IMG/VR virus record: IMGVR_UViG_3300049324_000053
Length of the DNA stretch: 64,000 bases
From: a virus
Strand: one strand, 5' to 3'
The notes under the pieces were generated by a model. That model was not told where the DNA came from. It saw only the letters and a program-made list of their open reading frames with translations, and searched no databases. Position 1 is the first letter of the stretch. Each line of letters opens with the position of its first letter. Positions 8,990-19,800 of this stretch are shown here, piece after piece. The translations under genes were made by a program, and so were the position numbers.

Positions 8990-9433
8990 GTGGCGGGCAT
9001 GGCGCCAGGCGGGTTCGACGCGGCCGCGTTCCGCGCCGGCATTCACACCGCGATGGTCATGGGCACGCCGGTCGACGATGCGGAAGCGGCGACGTTCTAC
9101 TTCCCGGCGACCGTGACCTACGACCGGCCCGTCGACGCGGACAACGTGCCGTTCGACCCTGGCGCGCATGCCACGAAGGTGGCGCCGGCGTCGGTGCGGG
9201 TGCCGGTGGCGGTCGAGTACCGCGACGAGACCGAACAGCTGGTCAACTTCGGGTACGTCACCCCCGCCTATGCGGTGATCACATTGTTGGACGAGGAGTA
9301 CGCGCAGGTCGCCGGCTGCGAGTATGTGCTGCTGCGGGGCAGCAAGTTCCGCTACCAGTCGACGGCGTACCCGGTGGCCCTGTTCGACGTCGGCGTGTAC
9401 ACGATGCACTTCGTGTCCGAGGACACCCGGTGA
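8990..9433 (+). CDS. Head-closure/stopper-like protein
   Basis: Size, position and beta-rich composition. Confidence 0.5.
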   Translation: MAGMAPGGFDAAAFRAGIHTAMVMGTPVDDAEAATFYFPATVTYDRPVDADNVPFDPGAHATKVAPASVRVPVAVEYRDETEQLVNFGYVTPAYAVITLLDEEYAQVAGCEYVLLRGSKFRYQSTAYPVALFDVGVYTMHFVSEDTR

Positions 9434-9975
9434 GCACCCCGCCGGGACCGCTGTTCACGCCGCCGATCGTGCTGCCGGTGCGGTTTCGTTCCCGGCATGT
9501 TGCCCGCACGATTTTTGCGTACCTGTCGCAGCGGCTCACCGAAGCGGGCTGGGTGCACGATCCAGTCAACTTCGGCGCTACCGCGATCACACTGCAGGAG
9601 TCGCCGCCCGAGGATGTCACCACCATCGCCGTGAACACCGTCGCGGTCACGATCGGTGACGAACCGGCTGATCTTGACGAGCAGCTTGGCGGGGGGTTGG
9701 TGAGCGTCGAATATCCGGTGCTCGTCGATGTTTTCGGGGAAAGTTACAGCCTGTCGCAGTCGCTGGCCGCTGACGTCAAAGACGCGCTGTCCCGGCGCGT
9801 CATCCCTGCGTACGACTGGTCGAACGGTGGTCCGACATTGCTGGACGGATCGCTGATCGAGTTCGTCGACGTGTCCGGGCCCCGGACCCCGGCCAGCTCG
9901 CAGGCCCTCGCGGGAGCGGCACGCCACTGGCGGGTGCTGACCGCGATCGCCTACACCACGTTCGCCCTGCCCTGA
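9430..9975 (+). CDS. Tail terminator/completion-like protein
   Basis: VDVFGES..LSQSLAADVKDAL pattern; position. Confidence 0.5.
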   Translation: MSTPPGPLFTPPIVLPVRFRSRHVARTIFAYLSQRLTEAGWVHDPVNFGATAITLQESPPEDVTTIAVNTVAVTIGDEPADLDEQLGGGLVSVEYPVLVDVFGESYSLSQSLAADVKDALSRRVIPAYDWSNGGPTLLDGSLIEFVDVSGPRTPASSQALAGAARHWRVLTAIAYTTFALP

Positions 9976-9989
9976 CGAAAGGCACCTTC

Positions 9990-10292
9990 ATGGACGGCGA
10001 CAACACTCTCGCGCGGGCGCTGCTCGGCCAGCAGCGTAAACGGCTGCTCGCGTCCACCCTCGGTGCTGCTGAGACGGCGCCCTGGTGGGGCACGCTGACG
10101 CCTGAGCAGCGTGGCACGTTCCGCGACAAGGTGCTCGCGTCGGTGAACACCTATTACGAGTTCTGCCTGGACCTGATCGCGTCCGGTGGTGATGTGCTGC
10201 GCAGCGACGACACGCTCGCGCTGCTGCAGACCATTCACGCCTCTCAGCTGCGTGTCGAACGTGGCGTCGAAAGCAACGGAGTGCGCCGGTGA
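9990..10292 (+). CDS. Hypothetical protein
   Basis: AAAGG SD; GTGA-coupled to the next gene. Confidence 0.55.
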   Translation: MDGDNTLARALLGQQRKRLLASTLGAAETAPWWGTLTPEQRGTFRDKVLASVNTYYEFCLDLIASGGDVLRSDDTLALLQTIHASQLRVERGVESNGVRR

Positions 10293-11188
10293 GCCCGGAT
10301 CGTGATTACAGCGCCAGGCAGTACGGCGGCCTTACGGTAAAAGTGTTCGCCGACGCGGAGCGGGCGAAGATCCGTAATGCGCGTGGCTGGTTCTCCTCGA
10401 TGAGCCAGCAGGTCGTTCCGGCGCACGAGAAGATGGCCGAATCGCTGGCCAAGGCCATCGCTGCGGAGCTGACTCGCCGCGTCGAAGGTGGTGGTCGGGC
10501 ACAGGTGACCCGCAACCGGCACGGGCAGTCGCTCGCCGAGCTGATCTGTAACCCGGCGAACCGCATCATCAAGCAGGACAGTTTCCAGGTCATGATCCCG
10601 CAGTTTCTGAACGAGGGGCCGGCGCGGGGGTACTGGAAAGGGCTGGAAGTCGGTTCCGATGCGCACGTCGGGCAGACGTTCCCCGGATACTTCCTGGCTG
10701 CCGGGTCCTGGCACCGGCAGGGGCCTCGAAGCGAGCATCACGATCCGATCCTGGTGCGCGTCAAGGCCGGCACGACCGGCAAGAAGTTGTCCGGGGAGGA
10801 TCGTGCCTCGCTCAAGCGTGGTGAGTGGGGCCAGGTGCGTTCATGGGGCAAGGCGCCGCAGGTCGGCCATGCGCAGGGGGCGGGTCCGGGACGTGCGCGT
10901 GGCGCCCGGGGGGAACCGATCGCGACGCCCGCCGGCGAGCAGCTGCGCCGCGGCGGCGGCACACCGGCGCGTGGCCGCCCCGGGTCGAAGTCCACGACGG
11001 TGACCGGCGCCCGGGTGTGGGAGATCACGATTCGTAACCGGATCCGGCCGTACGAGTACATCGCCACCGGGGCGCGCAACTGGAACAACGCGCGGACCTG
11101 GGAGCCGATTTTGCAGGATGCGCTGGATCTTGCGAAGTTGCGGGCGCTGGGTATCGAGCCGCGGTTCAGCCATAAGCCGCTCGGCTGA
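10289..11188 (+). CDS. Basic tail-completion (HK97 gp10-like) protein
   Basis: YW.GLEVGS motif; Arg/Gly-rich; lies before the tail tube. Confidence 0.45.
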   Translation: MSPDRDYSARQYGGLTVKVFADAERAKIRNARGWFSSMSQQVVPAHEKMAESLAKAIAAELTRRVEGGGRAQVTRNRHGQSLAELICNPANRIIKQDSFQVMIPQFLNEGPARGYWKGLEVGSDAHVGQTFPGYFLAAGSWHRQGPRSEHHDPILVRVKAGTTGKKLSGEDRASLKRGEWGQVRSWGKAPQVGHAQGAGPGRARGARGEPIATPAGEQLRRGGGTPARGRPGSKSTTVTGARVWEITIRNRIRPYEYIATGARNWNNARTWEPILQDALDLAKLRALGIEPRFSHKPLG

Positions 11189-11209
11189 CCGCATGCGCTG
11201 ACACGCCGG

Positions 11210-11236
11210 TGAGATACGGCCGCTGCTGCGCCGATG
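11210..11236 (+). promoter_or_regulatory. Putative late promoter, copy 3
   Basis: TGAGATACGG-N10-GCCGATG upstream of the tail tube gene. Confidence 0.6.
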
Positions 11237-11261
11237 TTCTTGGCACAGGCCGATACCGGAG

Positions 11262-12560
11262 GTGTCCGTGTCCATCAAGAGCGGCGAGCTGATTCACGTG
11301 GGGAACCACATCCTTGTGGACCGCGCGCAGACCGGCGGCGTGTCCTCGTTGAACCAGCCGCAGGACAAGATTTACGAGCTGGGCAATTACCGGAGCGTCG
11401 GGATCGTGCGTGATATCCCGGACCTGACGTTCGGGTTGGAGTCCTTTGACACGAGCGCGGCGCTGGAGGCGTTGCTGCTCGGGCGGGACGCGGCCGCCGA
11501 CCCCGACGGCCAGGTGTATGACCTCGGCCGGATGCAGTACATGGATGTTGCCAGCCAGTTCAAGTCCGGGTTCTCCCGGGCGAACGCGTACGACGTCGTC
11601 GGGTCGATCGCATTGCCGTTCTTGGCTCCTGAGAACGTCGGCTACCGCTTCGGGTTGCACGACAACGCCAGTCAGACGGCGTCGCTGCGTGGGGACTCGA
11701 TCTTCTACGCCGAAGGTCCGACGTATGTCGAGGACACCGTCGGGTCCGGCACCGCCGGTCAAAGTGTGGTACTGGCCCAACCGGCGATTCCGTACACCGG
11801 TGACGCCGGCAGCGGGGTGGCGCGGTATGCGCTGTCCGTGTCGCTGGTGGGTGCGGGCAGGCGGCTGCAGATCGGCCCGGACTACACCGAGGCGGTGACC
11901 GGAGCGGGTCCGGCGAAGGCTGTCACGCTGACGATCACTGCGGCGGTGCCGGCGACGGACTCGGTCCGGGTGGTGTATCAGTCGACGACGGTTGCTACCT
12001 ATCCGCAGGCGTCGCACACGCCGGTGACGAGTGCGACGCCGGGTGCGTGGGTGAAGCCGGCGGCGATTCGTGGCAAGGACATCACGATCCTGCTCGGTCC
12101 TCGCACCGTGGCCCTGGACCCGCAGCTGCACAAGATGGGCAACGTGCAGGCATTCTCCGCCGAATGGAGGGTGAACCTGGAGCGTGACGAGCAGCTCGGT
12201 TCGGGACAGGCCACCAGCGCCGACTATGTCACCCCGGACGTGACCGGCACCGTGGATCTTAAGCCGTTCGATTTCCATGATCTCATGGAAAGGATTCGTC
12301 AGCTGTCCGGCAAGGCATCGGGAACGGTGGAGTCCATCGGCCCGTACCAGGTCATTCCGGTGCAGCTCGCGGCGATCTTGCACGACCCGAACTCCACCAC
12401 CGGCGAGATCCTCAAGACCCTCTACATCCCGGACGCCCGGTTCACCCTGCCGACGTTCCAGGCCCGCGCCAACACCAAGATCACATCCACGATGAACTGG
12501 TCCAGTGAGTCGGGCATCCTGCAAGCCAGCAAGGGCCTGTTCCCGTTCGCCATTCCGTAA
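11262..12560 (+). CDS. Major tail (tube) protein
   Basis: IYELGN...VRDIPDLTF motif; directly precedes chaperone and tape measure. Confidence 0.75.
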   Translation: MSVSIKSGELIHVGNHILVDRAQTGGVSSLNQPQDKIYELGNYRSVGIVRDIPDLTFGLESFDTSAALEALLLGRDAAADPDGQVYDLGRMQYMDVASQFKSGFSRANAYDVVGSIALPFLAPENVGYRFGLHDNASQTASLRGDSIFYAEGPTYVEDTVGSGTAGQSVVLAQPAIPYTGDAGSGVARYALSVSLVGAGRRLQIGPDYTEAVTGAGPAKAVTLTITAAVPATDSVRVVYQSTTVATYPQASHTPVTSATPGAWVKPAAIRGKDITILLGPRTVALDPQLHKMGNVQAFSAEWRVNLERDEQLGSGQATSADYVTPDVTGTVDLKPFDFHDLMERIRQLSGKASGTVESIGPYQVIPVQLAAILHDPNSTTGEILKTLYIPDARFTLPTFQARANTKITSTMNWSSESGILQASKGLFPFAIP

Positions 12561-12601
12561 ACCCAAGGACCGGCCGGCGCGCGTCGCGATGCGCGCAGCG
12601 G

Positions 12602-12704
12602 GCCGAAGCCGGCCGGCGGCGATGAGGTGTGCGTTGCTCGCACCCTCGTCTGCCGCCGGTTCGGCGCACACTACGAAACAGAAACAGAAACTGAACCCGA
12701 AACA
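12602..12704 (+). repeat. Long imperfect hairpin followed by (GAAACA)n-like repeat
   Basis: GCCGAA..CCGGCGGC GATGAGG.GTGCG / CGCAC CCTCGTC.GCCGCCGG TTCGGC, then GAAACA GAAACA GAAACT GAACCC GAAACA. Confidence 0.6.
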
Positions 12705-12723
12705 GTGATCCACCTGGGGGTTT

Positions 12724-13620
12724 GTGATGCCTTCGCGCGCCAAATACCGGCGCATGACCGAGTTGTATACCGATGGTGTCGTCGAACTGCTTGACGACGG
12801 CAACCCCATCTTCCTTCGGGTGCTGAACCCGTACGAACGTCAAGAGGCGCTGCACGACGCGCAGGCCGCTCGCGCCCGTCTCGTGATGGCGTTGACCCGG
12901 TTCGACTCCGACGAGGAAGTGAAAGCCCGCGCGTCGATGGCGGTCGACGGTCGTGAGAAAGCTGTCGAGCAACTCATCAACCTCAAAAGCAGTGAGCTGA
13001 TGGTTGACGCGCTCAACGAACTGCGCGACGATCCGGAATGGAAAGAACGTATCGACGTTCTTGACCGTTCCGAGGAACTTGTCGCTCGTCCCCGCGAGGA
13101 CAGCGAACGTCAACTCCTTGACGCTGTCGAGGTCGAATATCTCAACGAGATCAGCGCCCGGTCCGATGCAGCCCGTGAACAGGAACGGGCCCGTCTCATG
13201 CATCTGCGCGACGAAGAACTGCTCGGCGAGTACATCGACGCCTGGCGTGCTATGCGTGGCGGTGAGGTCGCCGACGCCGAGTTCCGGCTGACCGAACTGT
13301 GGTATGCGGCGCGCTGCTGCGACGGGGTCGAACGGGGGGACGGAGTCTGGGATCACAGCGCCTGCGAAGGGCATCGCACCCGGCTGTTCGACGTCAAGGC
13401 CGACATTGCTGGATTGCCGACCCGGTTGCAGGAGCAGCTGATGGCGGCACTGACCCGGCTCAACATGAGCGTGCGTGAAGCAAAAAACTCGGTCAGGGCG
13501 CCGAACTCATCAGCCTCGTCTCCGCAGCCAAACGCGGAGGAGGAATCGACGCCCTCTACCCCAATCGAGATCCCCGACAATGTCCCTGGTACCTCGCCAC
13601 CGCTATCCAGCACGCCCTGA
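12724..13620 (+). CDS. Tail assembly chaperone (short form)
   Basis: Between tube and tape measure; slippery A AAA AAC at 13482-13488. Confidence 0.8.
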   Translation: MMPSRAKYRRMTELYTDGVVELLDDGNPIFLRVLNPYERQEALHDAQAARARLVMALTRFDSDEEVKARASMAVDGREKAVEQLINLKSSELMVDALNELRDDPEWKERIDVLDRSEELVARPREDSERQLLDAVEVEYLNEISARSDAAREQERARLMHLRDEELLGEYIDAWRAMRGGEVADAEFRLTELWYAARCCDGVERGDGVWDHSACEGHRTRLFDVKADIAGLPTRLQEQLMAALTRLNMSVREAKNSVRAPNSSASSPQPNAEEESTPSTPIEIPDNVPGTSPPLSSTP

Positions 13621-13805
13621 CGGTTCTCGGCTATTTCGAACTGCCTGAAGCCGATCAGCCGCCGGAGCGTATCTGGCTCGACAACAAGGCCCTCATCGAG
13701 CATTTCGACGGGGTGCGTGCCAAATACTCGGCGAACAGCTCCGGCCGAGAACTGATCGAAGACGTGGATCTGGATCAGAACGAACTGACCCGGGACCTGC
13801 ACTAG
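13482..13805 (+). other. -1 programmed frameshift extension of the tail chaperone
   Basis: -1 frame is open to TAG 13803-13805 and reads KLGQGAELISL...FELPEADQPPERIWLDNKALIEHF...LH. Confidence 0.8.
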
Positions 13806-13821
13806 AAGGACGGGAGATGCC

Positions 13822-16800
13822 ATGGCCGGCGAGGATCTTTTCCTTCATGTCGGTACCGACATCCGGCAGGTCAGCGAGATTTTCACCACCGAGCTGGACC
13901 GGATGCTAAACCACCGGTCCGAAGGTGGTGAGTTCGCCCCTGATCTGATTCCGCAGCTGCGCCGGGCCATGGAGGAGATGAGCCGGTACGAGGCGCAGTA
14001 CAAGAAGCTGCTGCAGCTGACCGAACGGTCCGGATCCCTGTTCCAGGCCACGGCGGGCGTGCCCGCGGGCAGCCCGCAGGAAACCGTCCGTCAGAGTGCC
14101 GCCAAGAACCTGACGACGGCCGGCCCTGAACTGGAGAACTTGCTGGCCGGGTTCCAGCGTTCTATCCATGATTTCTACACTCTGGCCAAGGCGGCGATCC
14201 CCGCGGACGCCGAGGGGCTGCAGCGGGCGCTGGCCGAGACGATGCGCGCGCTGTTCGACCAGGCCGCGACTGCGGCCCGGGAAGCTGCGCATCAGACATT
14301 CGGTGCCGCTGCCAATGCCGGTTCGCCGGCCGGTGGCGGTGATGCGGCAGTGACGGCGATGGCCGAGCAGATTCGGCTGGCCGGCGAGTCGCTGACCCGT
14401 TCGGTGATCACCTCTGCGGAGTCGTTCGCCCGCATCCTGCATGACGCCACTGCGACCGGTGGGACAACGGCATCCGGCGCCGCGCCGAACACGGCACCGC
14501 TGGAAACGCTCAACTCCACCAACCTGGATCTCACCGCGGCGATACGGCTGCTGGTCGCCGAAATGGGCGTGCTGTCCGCTCAGATGGCGGCGAACGTTGC
14601 TACCGCCAAGGGTGCCAACGCCACCGCCAGCACCGGTGGCCATGGTGGCGGCCACGGTGGTGGGCATCGTGGCGGTGGGACAACTGGCGGCGGCGGTTCC
14701 GGTGGCGACGGCGGCGGCAGGCAGTATCACAATGGGCACCCCGACGACCCGTGGGATCCCGAAGGCGCCGACCATGACCGGCGCCGGGCGCAGAAGGACT
14801 GGCGCCGGCGCACCGAAATCTCCACCCAGGAGCTGTACAAGCGGGCCCGCGACCCGCACGACCCGGACTTCTTTTTCGCCGGCACCGAACCGGGACAAGG
14901 TCATGTCCCGCCGACAGAAAGTTCCCCGATCATCCGGCGCAGCGGTGCCGGTGAGAACTGGGTGTACAACGCGGTTGCCGCGGTCCCTGACAATCCGCTG
15001 GCGATGTCGTTCGCCCGGTCCCCCGGCCAGCAGCGTGACACACCGCAGCAACGTCAGTCCACCGCCGAACGGCGCGACGCGCAGCAAGAACAGATCGCCC
15101 GTCTTGAAGCGCGACGTCTCGCGGGGGAACTGCAGACGGTCGCCCCCGGCATCCTGCACGAACCGTCGACGGGGCAAATCTACTCGGCGCGCACCGGCCG
15201 GCTGGCGGGCACCGCCGCGATCGACCCGGCCACCGGCCGCCATGAAGGCGTCGCGGGGCCACGCGACGGCACCCGGTCGGAGAACCGGGTCGACCAGAGC
15301 ACCCTGACACGCGGCGTCGAGGAACTGCGCAAGCTGGCCGAGGGCGGCGCTGTCAGCGAGTCGCGCGCCGATGTGCTGCGCCGCGGGCTGCCCGGCGGGA
15401 ACCTGACCCCGCTGTCGGCGACGACCTATCACGATCCGTCGACCGGCCAGATCCTGTCGTCGGCGACCGGGCGCACCGTCGGCACCGCCCATGTCGATCC
15501 GCACACCCAGATCGTCGGGGCCACCGCGGAAGCGGCCGCCGGCGACCGCTCCCTGGAGCAGATCACTGCCGACCTCAAAGAGTTCAAAGCGGCGCTGGCC
15601 GCGTTGGAACGTAACGCGGCCAGCGCCGCCAAGGCCGCTACTGCCGACACTCGTGACGCGGCACGCACCGACGTGCAGCGCCGTGCCGACGCCGGTGAAC
15701 TGCGCCGCGTCGGCACGACCAGCGCCTACCATGATCCGGCGACCAACGAGCTGTTGTCGGCCAAGTCCGGGCGGGTACTGGGCACCGCGCAGATCGACCC
15801 CAAGACCCAAGAGGTTCTGGGGTCGCAGGTCAACTCCGCGAACCGCACCACCGAGCAGGTCGCCACCGATTACGCGGAGTTCAACGCCGCGCTCAACGCG
15901 TTGCACAACAACAGCCAGAAAGCGGTGGAGAACGCGGCCAAGACCGCGCAGACTGCTGCCGCCGGGCAGGTGCTGGCCAAGGGCGCGGCCGGAACCGGGG
16001 AGTACCGCCAGCTGGGCGCCGGTTCGGTGTATCACGACCCGATCAGCGGTGAGCTGCATTCGAGCCGGACCGGACGTGCGCTCGGCACCGCGACGACCGA
16101 TGCCACGACCGGCAAGGTGTCCATCGCGCCGATCACCAACGCGAGTCTCACCGAAGAAGAGATCAACGCTGATCAGCGTGAGCGTGCCACGGCGTTACGG
16201 TTCCTTGCCCGTGAGACCGAAGCCAGCGCCAAAACGGCCAAGGAAGTGGCCATCGAAGCGCGCCGGCAGGTCGAGATGGAGCAGGTCAATCTCGGTAACC
16301 GGCTGGCATACGGCGGGCGTAAGCCTCTTTTCACCTCTGACGCTGCCGGCGGCAACGTTCGTGATCTGCGCACCGGTGAGGGGATCGCCACCCCCAGCCA
16401 GCAGTACGAGTTCGACGCGCTGCACGCCACGGAACGCAAGAAGGCCGAGGCCCAGGCCAAGCAGCGGGCCCGCGCCGAGCAGGGTGAACCCGGGTTCGGA
16501 TCGGCGTTCGTCGGTGGTCTGACGTCCAGCGGGTTCCACGCCCCCGGCACCGGGCTGGTGTCACTGGCCGGTACCGCAGGCGTGCTGGCCCGGTATTCGG
16601 CCGCCGGCGCCGGCATCAGCTTGCTGTTCAAAGGCGTCAGCCAGGTCAAAGACGCGATCATGACGACGGATGCGGCGTTCGTCGACTTCAACGAGGCCGT
16701 CCGTGCCGCCGGCGCCGGCACGGTCGACACCTCGAAGGCGTTCTCCGAGATGGCCGCCTACGGCATCGACGGGGTGCAGGCACTGACCATCGGCGCGCAT

Positions 16801-19800
16801 GCGCTGATGGTGTTCAAGGACGAGATCAAAGACGGCAAAGACAGCACTGATCTGTTCAACGAGTCGATCAAGCAGGCCGGTATTTATGCGCTGGCCACCG
16901 GTCAGGACGCCGAGACCGCCGGCAAGCAGCTTGCCCAGTCCGCCAAGGACTTCGGCGGCGGATCCGCCATGGAGCCTCGTCTTGCCGACGCGAGCGTTAC
17001 CGCCGCTACCAATTATGGCGTCGATCATAAGCAGCTGGCGATTGCGAGTGCCGGCGCCGCCAACGTTGCCAGCATTGCCGGGGTCAACCCCGAAGAGCTG
17101 AACAACATTCTTGCCGCCGGCATGCAGGGATCCGGGATCAGCGGCACGCAGGCATCCACCCAGTTCGCCGGGCTGATCAGCCGCACCGAGAAGGGCCCGT
17201 TTCAGGCGTTACGCCAGAAGCTGAGTGTCTCCGACACCGGGGATGCCGCGCAGCAGATCGTGGCGATGGGCGCCGCGTTCGAGAAGTTGAACACCGCCCA
17301 GCAGCATGCCGCTCTTTCGTCGGTGGCGTCGGGGCGCAACATGAACTTCTACCAGGCGTTGATGCGCAACGCCGCGGGCCTGAACGACAATGTCACCAAG
17401 AGCCTGGAGGAGCAAGGCGCTGCTGCGGATCTTGCCGCCCAAAAGCAGCACACCATCGCCCAGGAGCTGCGTGACCTTGGCACGGCGTTCAAGACACTCG
17501 CCGAGAACATTGCCAAGTCCGGCATCCTCACTCCGCTCGGAGCGTTGCTTGCGGTCCTCGGCCCGATCGTCAACACGCTCAACTTCCTGTTCTCCGGCCT
17601 GCAGCATGTGACTGACCAGCTGCCGATCGTTGGCAAACACTTCTCCCAGGTGACCGGCACCATCATCGACGCTTGGCTGGCGATGAAGCTGTACGCCGCG
17701 GCGATGAGTGCGGGCGGGCTCGGGCCGGCGCTCGGTGCGCTCGGCCGGGTTGGACGTCATGGCGATCCCGCCACTGCGCCGACGCCTGGGACGACTTCGC
17801 TGCCGGTCCTGAAGCCGACTCCGGCTCCAACACCAACACCAACTCCCAAGCCGACACCAACCCCGGCCCCGGCACCGGCCCCAACGCCAACCCCGGCCCC
17901 GGCACCGGTACCGGCACCGAAGCCATCTCCGAAGCGGATCCGGACGCCAAGACCGACCCCAACCCCGGCGCCGGCACCGGTACCAACCCCGACACCAACC
18001 CCGGCGCCGGTCGTGGTGCCGCCTGCAGCGCCAACCCCGGCGCCGGTCGTGGTGCCGCCTGCGTCCAACGCCCGACGTGGGGGCCGGCTGAACCCGCTGC
18101 AGGGAGCGCCGACTCGTGCCGTACTGCGCGAGGCGGAGGTCAGCGAACGGGTTGGTGCGGCGTATGCCTCCGACGAGGAGATGATCGCCGCGCGTCGTGG
18201 TCCGCGGTTGTACCGGCGGCTCGGTGCACAGACTGCTGATGCCGCATCGCTGGCCGGTGCCAACCGTGAACTGGGCGCGACCCGCGGTTGGGCCGCAGGC
18301 CGGGAAGCGGACTTCCACAGTGAGGCTGGTGCCATCCGCGCGGGTGCCGCAGGTGGCAGCACTGCGCAGATGGAGCAGGCTGAAGCGGAGATCAGCCAGC
18401 GGCGTGCGGCGATGCAGCAGGAGATTGCCGCACGCATGGAGGCGTCGGAAGCTGCCGCCAGGGCCATTCTGTCCGGCGGTCAGCAGGGTGCTACCGCGCT
18501 CGCCGAGTCCGCCACGAGGATTGCTGCCGCCGAGCAGGCGCTGGCCGCGGAACTGGGCGCTGGCGGCGTCGAGATTGGTGCTGCGGCGGCCGCGGCTGGT
18601 GCGGAGATCCTCGCCGGCGGCGCTGCCGGTGGTGCTGCGGCGGCCGCGGCCGGCGCCGTCAAGGGTGCTGCCGGTGCTGCCACCGGCGCCGTCGGTGCCG
18701 TTGAAGGTGCTCTGGGTACGGCGGGCCGTGAAGTGGAAACCGTGCTGCCTGGTGCCGGTGGTGTGGCTCGCGGCGGTCTTCGCGGAGCGCTGGGGCGTGG
18801 CGCGGGCGGTCTTCGTGGGCTGCTGGGTCGCGGTGGGGCCGGCGGTGCGGCCGGAGCCGGCCGGTTCGCCCGGCTACGCGGCGCCACCGGGATGGGCGGC
18901 ATGGGCGCGATGCTCGGCATCGGCGCCGCCATCATGGTCGGCACGGAGCTGTGGAAAGAGAAAGACGCGGTCAACGATGCCCAGAACAAGGGCATGGACG
19001 CTCTCGGTGCCGGTATAGGCGACGATCCGGCGTCGTACGCCGCGAGCGCAACCGCCGCAGCCAAAGAGCTGCACAGGGCGGACAACAAGTTTCTGACGAA
19101 GCATTTCTTGACACCGGTCGTCAGTGGCATCAACCACATCCCCGGCATCGGTGGCGGCGGGTTGAGCGGCAAGGAGGAGGAGAAGGAACTCAACGAGCAG
19201 GCCGGAGACGCCAAGACGACGGCGAAGAACATCGAGGACGCTCGTTCGGCGGCGAACCTGGCGAGTGCCTCCAATGCCGCGTCGGTGAACATGCATGATC
19301 TCGCCGGGTCGTTCAAGGCGCTGACCGACCGCGGTGTGTCGGCACGTGATGCGATGAACACTATCGCGGAGGCGTTCGGCAACTTCGTCAACAACAAGGG
19401 GATCGGTGGCGACCCGCACTCGCAGCGGTTCCTTGCCCCCGGCCAGGCGGGTGTGCTCGCGGCGACCGCGGCTGGTGACATCGAGGCGCAGCTGCGTACG
19501 CAGCAGGAGGGGCACGGGGCGAACGATATTCTCAAGAACGACCTGAAGGGCAAGGATCTCGACAAGGCCCAGAACGACATCAACACCAGCCTGCAGAGTT
19601 ACATGAAAGACCATCAGGGTCAGGTCAACCCTGATGAGCTGAAGAGTGTCGCATTGCAGGCCGAACTGCAGGCACTGGGCATTACTCCTGACGCGTATGC
19701 AGCGATGTCGCCGGACAAGCAGCAGGCATATGTGCGGATAGCGAACGCCGGGGTGCAGCAGAGCACGCGATCGGTGACCGGCACCGATCTGCAGACCTCT

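Noticed and set aside
17810-18065. Tandem repeats as a CRISPR array
   Set aside because: In-frame Pro/Thr coding repeats with no unique spacers. No CRISPR array or cas operon is seen; the Cas4-like nuclease is in a phage recombination context.
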